Assembly (NCBI RefSeq): GCF_009914755.1
Contig: NC_060936.1
DNA length: 64,000 bases
Direction: 5' to 3' (one strand)
Source of the DNA: the human T2T-CHM13v2.0 reference genome, Homo sapiens
Made by a program: the position numbers and the translations under genes. Each line of letters opens with the position of its first letter. Position 1 is the stretch's first letter. This document shows, in pieces, positions 1-14,975 of this stretch. The notes below the pieces were generated by a model. That model worked only from the letters and a program-made list of their open reading frames with translations. It ran no database searches and was not told where the DNA came from.

Positions 1-157
1 CCACACCAGGGTCAGGTAGAAAAGATGGAGAAGGAGTCAAAGCACAAGAATGTTACAAGAACAGGGAAGAGAAAGGGTAACAGGAGCGTGCGCACCTGGG
101 GATTGGGACAGGGAAAGAGGTCTTCCTAATGCAGTCCAGGAGTCCGGAAGTGGAGTA
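1..157 (-). other. TAC3: TAC3 terminal non-coding exon (3'UTR), truncated by window edge
   Basis: Minus-strand acceptor TTTTTGTCCTCAG|TACTCC at 157 after a long T-tract; joins the 1 nt that follows the stop in the previous exon. Confidence 0.85.
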
Positions 158-1489
158 CTGAGGACAAAAAACAAAACAAAACAAAAAAAAACACTGAAAT
201 CACATCTTATATCCTGTAAAAAAGTCCCACTGAAAACCTGCTGTGGCAGCAGGAGAGAAGGGGAGAGGCGTCTGTGAGAGAGGAAAGAACAAGTCTTGAC
301 CCTCAGCCTGCCCTCCAGGCTTTGGGCCTGAGGATGGAACTCTCCTAGCCGCAGGTACTTGCACCTTCCCAGCTGCCATATTTACATTACTCTACACACC
401 TGTGTGCATGGCCAGTGGGGCCCATGTGGACCAAAGATGTAGGAACCAAGTTCATGCCATCCTAGCACCACCATGAGCCAGACACACACACAGCCCTGCC
501 CAAGGTGCCCTACTATGAATGCTCCCCCTGCCTTATCCAGTTCCTCCTCTTCCCAGAAACCTCCCAGAGGAAGCACAGGCCCAGGGATTACTTACAGTTT
601 CACATGAATGAAATCAGATGACACAATGATCTGTGTTGATCCATCTCATCTAATCTTTAAATGCCAGCTCCCAGAAACCTTATGTCCTATTCTGCCTGAC
701 ACCTAACAGGTTGGGAATGCTCCCTCAATGGTAAGATTATGAAAGCTGCAATTATGGGTCCCTCTGAAAGAGCCTGGATGCACAAACAAGCATTAAAAGT
801 AGATTTCCACAATGCACTTGTTTTTGCCATTTGTATAAAATACTATAGCAAAATTGCACTGTAATTATCTTTATGGCCAGTGCATAACGCTGGAGCAGAG
901 TATGTCATCCAGATATAGCTGCTCGTATAATTATCTGGCCGTTGGCAGGACTGAAATAACCATCTAATGAGAGCAAAATGATACAGTAACTACCATGTAA
1001 TCAGCAAGTTACAGTTATTATAGCTCTTTGTGCCCTCTCACCCAACACTAAATGGGGGGCCAGACTCAGTCTCTGGTCCCAGGAATTCATGCACAGGCAG
1101 CATCATCAAGCACCAGCTCCTTGGGTCTTGGGCGTGCCACCTTGAGACCAGTGAGTATGGGTAACAGGGACACAGAGAGAAAAGCAGGAGGCTCTCCATG
1201 ATTACGAGCCTTCCCAATCTCTCTCCCTCTCCTTTTCACTCCCTCCACCCCAATTCTTTGGAAGCTAGTGAAAAGAAAGCCATTGGTGGAGCTGCTCTTG
1301 CTGTGTGTGGGAAGACAGTGTCAAGGCGGAAGGTTCGTGTTTTGACTAGACACTTCCCTGGGGGACTCTTACACTCGCATACCAAGTGAGGAATTTGTCA
1401 GCCCACTCAGGCCTGGGGTCCAGACAGAGCCAGTCAGGGGAAACATTAGGACATCCCCCATACCTCCCAAACTGGGACAATTATCATAA

Positions 1490-1690
1490 AATTGGCACAC
1501 AGCACTGTGCACCCGGCACTGTTCTGAACACTTTACCTATACTCAATCCTCAAAACCACAACCCTGTGAGATACTATTATCACTTTCATTTTTCAGATGA
1601 GGAAACTGAAGCACAGGAGGATATGTACCTTGGCCAAAAAGATACAGATAGAGTGGCAGATCCAGGATTCACATTCAGGCCATTGTTCTT
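1490..1690 (-). mobile_element. MIR
   Basis: CATTTTTCAGATGAGGAAACTGAAGCACAG core. Confidence 0.7.
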
Positions 1691-2247
1691 ATTCATTATG
1701 CTAAAGAGAGATTCAGATATGGTTTCCTGCTAATCCCCATTAGATTTCAGAGTTCCTTGCATTTCTTCCTGAATCATCCTTGTGTATGACTACCTTCTGG
1801 GCCCCGTAACCCAGGATTCTGAGTGATTTGAAAGGCTCAGCCTGCCTGGGAGGCAAATGCTTGCCTGTGAATTGGTTGTGGTATTTGTAATTATCAGATA
1901 ATAATTTCTCCATCTTTTTGCATAGATTACAAAAGAATGAAGTCCAAACAACAGAAATTGCCCATCGGGGAAGCCCCTCTCTCCTCATCTCCCAACACTC
2001 ACTCCTGCTCAATAGTCAGCTGCCGTCCATGATCCAGAGGAAAGAGATGAAAGACGGGGGATGTGTACAAACACACGTGCCTCTAAGTGTCTTTGTGTTT
2101 GGCCGACAGTGTGCTGGGCATTGGCAGTGTATTTCAGGGCAAATCTATGAGCTTTAATACCTGTAGCATGGGAGGAAATGCACAGCTGGCAACCCCCACA
2201 GCCCCCTCCCCAGTCCCCTCTCCCCTCTCTAATGAACAATCCTTACC

Positions 2248-2370
<123 letters not shown>

Positions 2371-2490
2371 CTACACCCTGATCCAACAGCAAAGGGCTGG
2401 CTATGACGGGCAGTGTTCAAAGACAGAGTTGGGAGACTGGGGTGGAAGCAGAGTCTCCCTATCCTTCCTCCCAGCTGCAACAGGACTACC

Positions 2491-2606
2491 TTATAAAGGT
2501 CTCTGCTCCTCTGTTCCCAGGGAAGACTTTCCTGTGGATCCAAGCTGATTGGGATGAAGGGGCCGAGGAACCCTCACTGAAGGTAAGAAAGGTCCTGTCT
2601 TTCCCT
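2491..2606 (-). CDS. TAC3: TAC3 alternative exon giving a different C-terminus (EGKTGPFLPSVRVPRPLHPNQLGSTGKSSLGTEEQRPL*)
   Basis: CCAG|AG acceptor at 2606 in phase with the NKB exon; TAA at 2493-2491, then G|GTAGTC; matches my recollection of a described TAC3 isoform C-terminus. Confidence 0.65.
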
Positions 2607-2690
2607 CTGGTGACAAATATGAGGCACGTGACTTCTGTCATACTCTGCCAGTACCCTAAGCCCTTCCACTGTACCTCCACACACTCCTAC

Positions 2691-2744
2691 CTGGCTGGAC
2701 GCTCCTCTTGCCCATAAGTCCCACAAAGAAGTCATGCATGTCAC
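2691..2744 (-). CDS. TAC3: TAC3 exon encoding neurokinin B ([10 protein letters not shown], 2742-2713) plus GKR amidation/cleavage signal
   Basis: CAG|GT acceptor, G|GTAGGA donor; FXGLM-G-KR tachykinin signature. Confidence 0.98.
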
Positions 2745-3227
2745 CTGCAGAAAAGGGCCAACATTGTCAGCAGTGATGATGAGAAAGTGAAGCATCTCCC
2801 CAGACATGGGTCAACACTTCTGAGACTGGGTTTCTGGTCTCTGTTCCTTTTTCTTGTCAAAGCATGACTCCTCACAGTTAGCAAGTGCCTCCCCTAAACC
2901 CACTCTCTCTGCTCACCTTTCCTTCCTCCACATTTCAAGAATTTTCTGCTCTAGCAGGTGCCTGATTTGGAATTTTCAGGGCCACGAAGAGATCCCCTTG
3001 TTTTCCAAGGACCAGCCAGCAGAGGGAGAGCCCACCATGCCCCTCACACCAGCTTCCTCCTAGTTCTGGATGGCCTCTCCCTTTCAGGAAAGGTTGGCTG
3101 AGCAGTGGGAGCTGGCATATTGTTTGTACCAGGTGAGAAGGGGCTGGACAAAATGGCCCCTGGGCCCAATGCCCCACAGAGCTCTGGGCAAGTGGCAAGA
3201 GATAGGGAGGGAGAAGAGGGTACTTAC

Positions 3228-3257
3228 GTTTCTCGGGAGATGTTGATTCCTTAGGAT
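3228..3257 (-). CDS. TAC3: TAC3 coding exon (DPKESTSPEK)
   Basis: 30-nt phase 1-1 exon, AG|AT...C|GTAAGT. Confidence 0.95.
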
Positions 3258-3432
3258 CTGTGAAACCAAGAACAGATGTCTAAATGGGGAGTGAAGTTGG
3301 AAAGTGATGAGAGCGGGGTTCAGATCACAACCCTCACCGATTCACTAAGCTATCCCCCATCTCTCTCCCATCTGAAAGGATCTCCCAGGCCTCTTATCTT
3401 CAGAATCCTGCCCCTCATTCCCCTCTCCCCTA

Positions 3433-3540
<108 letters not shown>

Positions 3541-3694
3541 CTAGGGAAGAAACAAAGAGGGGTGAGGCAGGAGGCTCCCACCCGGATCCACTCATCCTTT
3601 TCCCACAAGAAACAGCCTCTTCCTGAGCCCATCCTGAATCCGACACCCTATTTCTTTCAGAGTTTCCTCTGGTTCACACTGGACGAGAAGTAGG

Positions 3695-3850
3695 TGCTCC
3701 AGGAGTGACCTGTGGACCAACAGCAACACCAGCACTACACAGAGCCTGTTAGAAATGCAGACTCTTGTTCCTACCCCAGACCTCCTGAGACAGAATCTGC
3801 ATTTTAAGCAGCCCCCCAGGTGATTCACATGCATGGTGAGATTGGAGGCA
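3695..3850. mobile_element. MER5A-type hAT-Charlie DNA transposon
   Basis: TGTTAGAAATGCAGA...CAGAATCTGCATTTTAA...CCCCAGGTGATTC motif. Confidence 0.7.
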
Positions 3851-5301
3851 CACATCTGCACCTGTGATTCCCCCACTCTGCACGATGTCCATGGATGTTT
3901 CTCTCCCTGTTTTCCACCACCTCTTTCTCTATTCTCCATGGCTTTCCGCCTCTAGTTTTCTCTCCCTCTCCCTTTTGGCCCTAGGTCTAGAATTCCAGGA
4001 AGGCAACATGCTCAGAAGGCACGTCTTCTTCTCTCCACAACTGAATCCCAAGTTCTAGAGCTGTTGCCCAGCACGGGCTCTTGATTGTCCCTGTGATTTT
4101 TTTTTTTTTTTTTAGCAACTTGCGTACAGCAGGGTGGTGGGCACACACCACACAGCCAGTTAATTGCAGCTGCAGAGAGACAATAACAATGATCATGGCT
4201 GGAGATTTTCATCTCAAATCTCAAGTCTCAGCAGCGCCTCTCTTTCCAGAACCCAGGCATCCTTCGGCTGTTGTGCACACACAGAAGTGCATTTACACAG
4301 AACACACCCCCACACATACCAACCCAGTTGCCTAGGCACACCTATGTACTACCCTCTTCCTGCCCCAATTTCCCTCATCCTCACAGACTCTCAAGGAGAA
4401 GGGGTAGGATGGCAATCCCTCTCATTCATTGACCAAGAGGGGCAGAGGGGACATCTCATTGGCCAAGGTCTTGAAACAAGTTTGTCTCAGAAGAACTCAG
4501 ATACTCTAACTATCCTGGGCTGGAACTTTGTGGCTCCAAACGGTGTCCAGCCCATACTTGGCACTCCCCTGGGTGTTTTTTTTTTTAACGGTTCTGGCCT
4601 TTTGGATATGGCACAACTGCTGCCACCTGCAAGGCTGCCCTGGTGATAACTCCCTTGGCCCAGCATGTGGTGTTCAGGCAGCCACTTTTCCCAAATTGTT
4701 GAATACTCTGCCCACCTCCTATAATGAGATGCTGAACAGATTTGAGCTGAAGAGGCAGTTAAACTTCACACATTGAATTTGTAATAAGTCCCACCCGCAA
4801 TCATCTTAAAAGCATTTGTACCGATGTAATTGCTGTCATTTCAAAACCTTGAAAAGACTTCCTCCCTATCCTCCCCCTGTACCCCTACCCTGACAATTCC
4901 TATTCTTTTTCGTAAAGGAACTGTGGAAATCGAGGCTCAATCTGGTTTTTTTGCTGTTGTTGTTTTCCTATCCTGACTAAGCAGAGGATAGAGGCGGGCA
5001 AGGGAGAAAAGAGAAGAAGGAAGGGGTTGGGATCTTAGAAGCACCTGAGGTTACTGGGGGTGGATGAGCAAAAGATAAGGGAATTTATTTGCATTTTGAA
5101 AATAAAACAATACACATAACTGATAGGTAAAATAGCACACAAATAACCATTTGGGAAAGAAATTCTGACTGTTTCATACCATCCAGGAAATAGAAGAGAT
5201 CTGTCCCTTGCAAAGGGACCTGAGGTAGACTATAGAGAGCCTTAGACCACCCTAGCTCACCCCTCACAGTACCATCCAATCACCAAGTCTCCCATCAATC
5301 A

Positions 5302-5913
<612 letters not shown>

Positions 5914-6256
5914 CTATAGTGGTGCCAGGAGGACTCTAGCTCCCAAGAAAGATGATAGATTTGTAGGACATGGACTGGTCTGTTTCCTCAGTCAGCTGGA
6001 GGAGGGATCCTGGATGCTATTTTCCAGTACTAGATAATCCCAAGACTTAGGCAAAAACTTTCTGGTATGAAAGAATGAGTCTGTAGCCACAGGCTCCAAA
6101 CACCAACCAGCTCTCGGCCCTACAGGTGCTTTGTGCTCACCTTCCCAGTCCCCTGCTCCCCTATCAGAGGCTGCCATCTGCTTTATTCCCTCCTGACGCT
6201 GGCTCCTGTCCCCTGGTGCCAGCTCTGGTCCATCCAGCATTCTCCCACTTGCCTAC

Positions 6257-6420
6257 CTGTGGAGCAGCTCTGTGCCGGGGGCTGGGTGGTCTGGCAGGAT
6301 CAAGGAACTGGCTAGGACCGCTGCCTGCTCCCCTCACACACTGGTGCTGCCGGTGCTCCTGCAAAGAGAGAAACCGAGTGGAGGGGATCTAGGAAGGCTG
6401 CAGTCACTCAGTCCCAGCTC
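6257..6420 (-). other. TAC3: TAC3 non-coding exon 1 (5' end approximate)
   Basis: CAG|GTAGGC donor at 6257; sequence matches recalled TAC3 5'UTR; TSS position not determinable from sequence. Confidence 0.75.
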
Positions 6421-6640
6421 CCTGATAAAGGCTCTGGGAGGGTCTAGGGGAGCTGAGGGGAGGGGCTGAGAGTCACCAATCCCAGGGTGGCTGGAGGGGA
6501 GGCGGGGAGGCTGTAGGGGGGAGGAGGATGCAGACAGTAGCCACACACCCAGACACACACATACCCCACAGACCCAGCAGTGAGACCATTTCCTAACAGC
6601 ACCCGAGCTGGCTGCTGTGTATGGTTTGTGTACAGTTTGA
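6420..6640 (-). promoter_or_regulatory. TAC3: TAC3 proximal promoter: GATA site (TGATAA ~6423) and GC/GA boxes (GGGGAGGCGGGGAGGG ~6497-6511)
   Basis: Directly upstream of exon 1; Sp/KLF-type G-tracts; no clear TATA. Confidence 0.5.
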
Positions 6641-6854
6641 CACTGCTGGGGCTTAGAGGACAATACTCCAAAATGAAGGCCTCAATAGCCGCCTCAGAAG
6701 CAGAAGTTTTTCTCTGACCCTCTCTTGTCCTCTTGTCACTCGGTTCCATTCTCCCCCAAGACCAGCTATAAAAACCAGAACCCCTTTGCCCCAAAGCCAG
6801 CCATAAAACCTAAAATTACTCTATGTAAAAACTGGCCAAAAAAATTATCTGACC

Positions 6855-7103
6855 GGCCGAGTGCAGTGGCTCACGCTTGTAATCCCAGCACTTTGGGAGG
6901 CCGAGGCGGGCGGATCACGAGGTCAAGAGATCGAGACCATCCTGGCCAACATGGTGAAACGCTGTCTCTACTAAAAATACAAAAATTAGCTGGTCATGGT
7001 GGCGCGTGCCTGTAATCCTAGCTACTCGGGAGGCTGAGCCGAGATTGCACCACTGCACTCCAGCCTGGTGGCAGAGCAAGACTCCATCTAAAAAAAAAAA
7101 AAA
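6855..7103 (+). mobile_element. AluS (Sc-like) with ~45-bp right-arm deletion
   Basis: Alu consensus and A-tail; deletion joined at TGAG microhomology. Confidence 0.9.
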
Positions 7104-7494
7104 ATTCAGAAAAGATGACACTCACCCCTTTTTTGGGGTCTCCTACTTTCGTTGTGGAGTTTCACGAGTCATGGGCAGATTCTTCTCAGGTCTAAAGCTC
7201 TGCTCTCTTCTACACTACATTACCTAATCTCTTTGGTTTTTGAGGATGCCAAAAATAAATTACTTTGTATTATTTAAAAAACTAGACATATAGCTAGTCA
7301 TATATAATAACTAGATAAAAAATACAGTTTTAGAGATGACTTATGACAGTTATTCACAACAAAGTATTACTACTATACAGGGCTACTTATTTCTTCGTGC
7401 ATTTAAATTTTTAAAAACATGGTCTGGGGCACCTAAAGACAATGAAAGCACTCACCATTGAGGATGAAACTCCCATTAAAAATAGGCTAAGCAC

Positions 7495-7814
<320 letters not shown>

Positions 7815-8143
7815 CTAATCGGCACTGGGCTGCCTGCCAGCCTTGGGGGAGCATCTTTACAGTGGGGCACTCGATAAAAATGCCACACATCTCGTCCCAT
7901 GACATTTCCCTCTTTTGGGGGGCCTAGGATTCAATATAAAAATGAGATCCTTGATTAGGGGGGTTCTGTATTCTGCCTTCCAGCTATGCCTGCTTTACCC
8001 ATTTAAATATGAGGCCCTAAAACCTATGTTTTCTTCCCCCTTTTTATTAAAGGGCTCCACCCTAAAGGCAATAATCTAATTAAAAAACAAGCTAGTTAAA
8101 AAGCCCAAAATACAACTTCCTAAAAAAAAAAAAAAAAAAAAAA

Positions 8144-8459
<316 letters not shown>

Positions 8460-10003
8460 TTATTTGACTTAGGTCATAAAACCTCCATTCCAGAGAGGGT
8501 CCTGCCCCACACCAGAAGGAAGGAATGAGAGAGGCTAGGAGGAATCTCAACAGACAGGCCTTGCTGGGTTTCCCCACTCAGTCTGTTAACATTAGATCGT
8601 GCCCTTTCTGTCCAGTCATATTTCTACACAGCTGTCCATACTTTGTTAAACCTAAACATAAAAATAGACAATTTCCCCTATAGCTTCAAGGCTTCATTCT
8701 AAAGGCTCCCATTCGTATTTAATAAATTTGTATGCCTTTTTCCCTATTAATCTGCTTCATGTCAGTGATTTTCACTGAAACTTTAGGGGGCCAAGACCAC
8801 AGTTTGGCATCACAAATAAGACCACCAAAGCTATTGTGCTTTTCTGGAAGCCACAGAGAAGGAAATACAGGAACCTGGCAAGCCAGCAGAGGAGTGAGAA
8901 TTTCCTGCCAGACTCCCAGTTTTCCAGTTTTCCTCTCTCTGTGGACTCTGGATGAGTGGACAGTAAAAATCATTGTTTCCCTTTTCCTTTCCAAATGTAA
9001 GATTAATGAGAGAACAGGTTTTGTGTGTGACTAACCTTGGTATAGTGAGTCTGATATATTTTTTAGTACTTTGTGGTATAAGTATTCATAGTTTGACCCC
9101 ATTCCCTTCAGAAATAGCTTTTGTTGTTGTTGTTGCCATTTTCCTTTCAGAAATAGCTTTTTTGTTGTTGCCGTTTTCCTTCGTTTTTGTCTTGTCTTTT
9201 GGTGTTCTGTCATAAGGAGGGGTACCCTAGGGTAGAACAGGCCTGCAACCCACTGTTTGAACTGGCCCTGCAAACTGGTCAGTTTCGTGGTTCTGGTTAT
9301 GCTGACTTCTGTTATGACAAACTTTGCTGCCAGTCCCTGAAATAAAAACAGGGTGAGAGGTTTCCCTCTTGTCTCATGTCCTTGAGAGCATGACGTGACT
9401 AGATGGGGATATTCCCGCTTGGTCTCCACCATCCAAAGGATGTGATTTTTCAGGTAACATCACAGCCAGTATGAAAAGATTGGGAGCCCAACACATGTAT
9501 TTTCAAACATTCCAAGCTCCTAGGGGAGTTTTGTCTTACAAGGTCTCATCCCTCCTGGGCTTCTGTTTTCTTTGACATAAAGAAAACTTTGGATTAAGTT
9601 GCTATTGGAATTAAATACCCCATTAAAAATTCTAATTGTCAATGGCCAAAAGATAAATCCTTTAGACTAAAATTCCTAAATTTAAAAAAATTACTTGTTC
9701 TAAAGAATTGATAGATCAAATTAAAAGGACACATAATAGTGTCACAGCTATCCTTAACAATTGTCTTGATTAAATTAAAGCACAAAAACCTGACCTAAAA
9801 CAATTACACTCAAACTGCCACTTTGGATTCCATACAAAATTAACAATGGAGGCTGCTCCATTTTACAGTTTAATAATTAAAATTCCCACCGTGGCTTAGG
9901 GTTTCCTTCCTAATCAGAAATCAGTCCTTTTCGGCTTAATATTTATGTGACTTTTAAAATATCAGCATTTGTCCCAACTAAAATCTGGTAACAAGAGATT
10001 TAA

Positions 10004-10135
10004 GGTGAGTCGCAGTGGCTCACACCTGTAATCCTATCACTTGGGAGGCCGAGACAGGCAGATCACTTTAGCCCAGAAGTTGCCCGGACTTGAGACCAGC
10101 CTGGGTAACAGGGCGAAACCCCATCTCTACAAAAA
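10004..10135 (+). mobile_element. Alu left monomer / FLAM
   Basis: Left-arm consensus only. Confidence 0.75.
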
Positions 10136-10478
10136 GTTTTAAAGGAGGAGAGAGACAAATTTAAAAGAATTTTTGTTAAAGAGCTCCATGGTTAGAAGTC
10201 AGCTTAATTAAAAGCTAATATTCAAGCTATGTGTATATTTTTAAAGCCTTCTGTGTTTTCTCTTTAAATCCTATTTTAAAAAATTTTGTTCAGTAGACTA
10301 AAATCTTTTTTTTAAAATGTGTTTGATGTCTCTATTCACTTCCTTTCTTAAAAACTATCCTCCCATTTACTTTTACTCCACCCTATTCCTCCTTCCTCTT
10401 TGCCATCTTCAATACCACATTTTTAAAAAATCTAGAAAAGACTTCTAATGACTCAGACTCCTTAAAAAACTCAGAAAA

Positions 10479-10828
<350 letters not shown>

Positions 10829-11082
10829 CTACACCCAAACCTCCAAAACCTTTTAGAATAGAAAAGACAATGGCTTAAAATTTAGATAACTTTACCTTTA
10901 TTTAGATCTAAATTCTATGCCTTTGAAATATACATTTTCTACCTTATTTCATCTAAAAGTCATGTCTTAGAGATACAAGTTTAGAGTTGCCTAGTTAATA
11001 ATTAAGACATAAAACAGATAATTTAAAAATTGATAGTCTGAAGTTGGGGAAAACTACCTAGAAACTGACAAATAAAAAATCT

Positions 11083-11387
11083 GGTCTGGCGTAGTGCCTC
11101 ATGCCTGTAATTCCAACACTTTGGGAGGTCAAGTTAGGAAAATTTCTTGAGCCCAGGAGTTCAAGACCAGCCTGGGCAAGATGGTAAAACTCCCCATATC
11201 TACAAAAAATACACGAATTAGCCAGGCATGGTGGCACGCGCCTGTAGTCCCAGCTAGCCAGTCAGGTAGAAGGATTGCTTGAGCCTTGGAGGTCAAGGCT
11301 GCAGTGAGCTGTGATGGCACCACTGCACTCCAGCCTAGATGACAGAAGGAGAACCTGTCTCATTAAAAAAAAAAAAAAAAAAAAAAA
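11083..11387 (+). mobile_element. AluJ
   Basis: Diverged full-length Alu with J-type diagnostics. Confidence 0.85.
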
Positions 11388-11573
11388 GTATAAATCTATA
11401 AGCTCTACTTCTGTTTATGTGTCTATATATTTATATGTGCCTGTGTATGTAATGTTCCATTATCAAAATATATAAAAGAGCTCTAATTAATTCAGTTAAA
11501 AAAATGCTTAAATCAAATATTTTATTAAAAAATAAAAACTTTAACTCAAATGTCTGTTTAATTCACATTACTT

Positions 11574-11750
11574 TGTAAACCAAAAGTAAAATCCTAAAGC
11601 TCCCTAACCATCCGAATGGACCACTCCTCACAGCCAAGGGTGTTCTAAAATTAACCTGAAAACTAGGTCAGGCCATGATGGGAAGGGGGAACCAGACCCT
11701 CCTCCCTTCTGGAATTAATGATAGAACAGACGTAGTCTGATAAGAAACAT
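11574..11750 (+). mobile_element. Nested 5' fragment of a second LTR (MER4-family-like)
   Basis: Begins TGTAAACCAAAAGTAAAATCCTAA...GAATGGACC...AGGCCATGATGGGAAGGGG, as in recalled MER4-group LTRs; truncated at an Alu-tail remnant ~11760-11795. Confidence 0.55.
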
Positions 11751-12018
11751 ACATTCATTTATTCATATATTTTTATTTATTTATTTTTTGAGACAAAAAT
11801 GCCTCTTACTAAATAACTGATTACTCATATCATATAGAGGCCTGGCTTTGGTGGAAGCCCATCTGCAACACACTGCCTAAAATTAGACACAACTAATAAC
11901 TATTTAACTAGACTGGCCTATTCTCAGGACTAAGAGACTAGTTCCATGGCTTATAAGACAATTCACCAACTCAATTTCTGGACTATAAAATTTCTTTAAA
12001 ATTTTTCACACCGAGGAA

Positions 12019-12905
<887 letters not shown>

Positions 12906-13357
12906 ACACCAATTCCCATGCCTGAGTCCAGCTCAGTAGATGTGGACCCTGGGCCTCTTTCCCCACCTTGTTCATCCACCAGCTCCTTGCCCTTTAACCT
13001 TCAGGCCTGACTTCTGGGCTAAAACAGTTTCAGGCAGGCGCCCCTCCCCACCCAGGACAACCAGACTCAGGCCCCTGAAGGTTAGAAGGTCAGTTTAGCA
13101 TCCCCTCCAGTCCTCTCCTTTCCCCCTCCCAGAGGGAGCTGCGCCATTACATTGGTCCTCAAGAGTGTCACACCCCTCCTCTGCTTGGGCAAAGAAAGCT
13201 CCAGTGTCGGCCTTCCTCCACTCCTCACCAGTGGTCATGATGCCTCTCCCACCTCAATCCTTCTTGAACCCTGAATCAGCTGGACTTAGCTTCATTCTTC
13301 TAGAGTTCTTTTACACCTCCTGATGTAATCTCACAGAGGATGAACAGAACTCGATAG

Positions 13358-13704
<347 letters not shown>

Positions 13705-14349
13705 TAATTGCTTCCCTTTTTCCTCAGAGTTACATTTTCCCCACTCTAATCTGTCTCCCTGCAGTTCAGGCATCTTCTTCTCTGACCTTTCAAGCCTCTT
13801 GTTCACACCACACACAGATGAGGGAGATTATCTGCTTATTTCTCACCCAAGGGAGAGAGCTCCAGGGGAGAGTCAGAACCAGGATCAGAGCCGAGAGCCA
13901 GAGCCAGATGCTGCTGCTGAATGAGACAGCGGAGATGCAAAAGCAAAGCCAGAGCCATCCGTCAGCCCAGTATTTGTAATGGGTGCAGGGTTTGAATGTT
14001 TGCAGGGTGCTTTGGCATGGAGCAGTCCATCTGGTTTTCATCACCATGACCATGTAAGTAGGAAATATTCTGATTTTCCAGATGAGAAAACAGGCTCAGA
14101 AGGTTCAGTCACTTGCTCCAGTACATATGGCTACTAATCAGTGAAGAACAGCCTCAAATCCAGGTTTGTCTCACCCCAGGTCTCCCACTCTTTTTACTGC
14201 ACTGGCATAAACTTTGACCTGTGAGGGAACAGTTAACTGTCCCAGACGGAATGGGTGGCCCCCCTCTCCAAGAGACTTGAAGATTTGGGACCTTCTACTC
14301 TTCTACATTTTGAGTTTGGGAGAGAACCGTATCTTTATCTCATATTTAC

Positions 14350-14620
14350 TACAAAAACAATCTGTGCAACAAAGCATTCCCCAATCACCCTATTTAAAAT
14401 TATCACCACCCCAAAATTCCATATACCTCACTCCCATTTTTCCCTTCATGAACTTATTACATCCACTATGCTAAGTATTTTACTTATTGTCTTTCTATCA
14501 CCACTCCCACCCAGGAATATAAGTGTCATGATGGCAAAAATTTTTGTCTGTTTTGTTTGCTACTGTATCCCTCACTTTATAATGTTTGACATATAATAGG
14601 TGCTCAATAAAAATGTATTT
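14350..14620 (+). mobile_element. L2 3' fragment
   Basis: Ends ...ATAATAGGTGCTCAATAAA, typical L2 3' end. Confidence 0.55.
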
Positions 14621-14621
14621 A

Positions 14622-14975
<354 letters not shown>

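Noticed and set aside
590-600. GTAAGT donor-like site in the last TAC3 intron
   Set aside because: No matching strong acceptor found upstream
4164-4646. 160-aa plus-strand ORF in a TAC3 intron
   Set aside because: No recognisable domain or exon structure; length compatible with chance
6343-6360. RE1-like AGCACCGGCAGCACC in TAC3 exon 1
   Set aside because: Spacing and right half deviate too far from consensus to call from sequence alone
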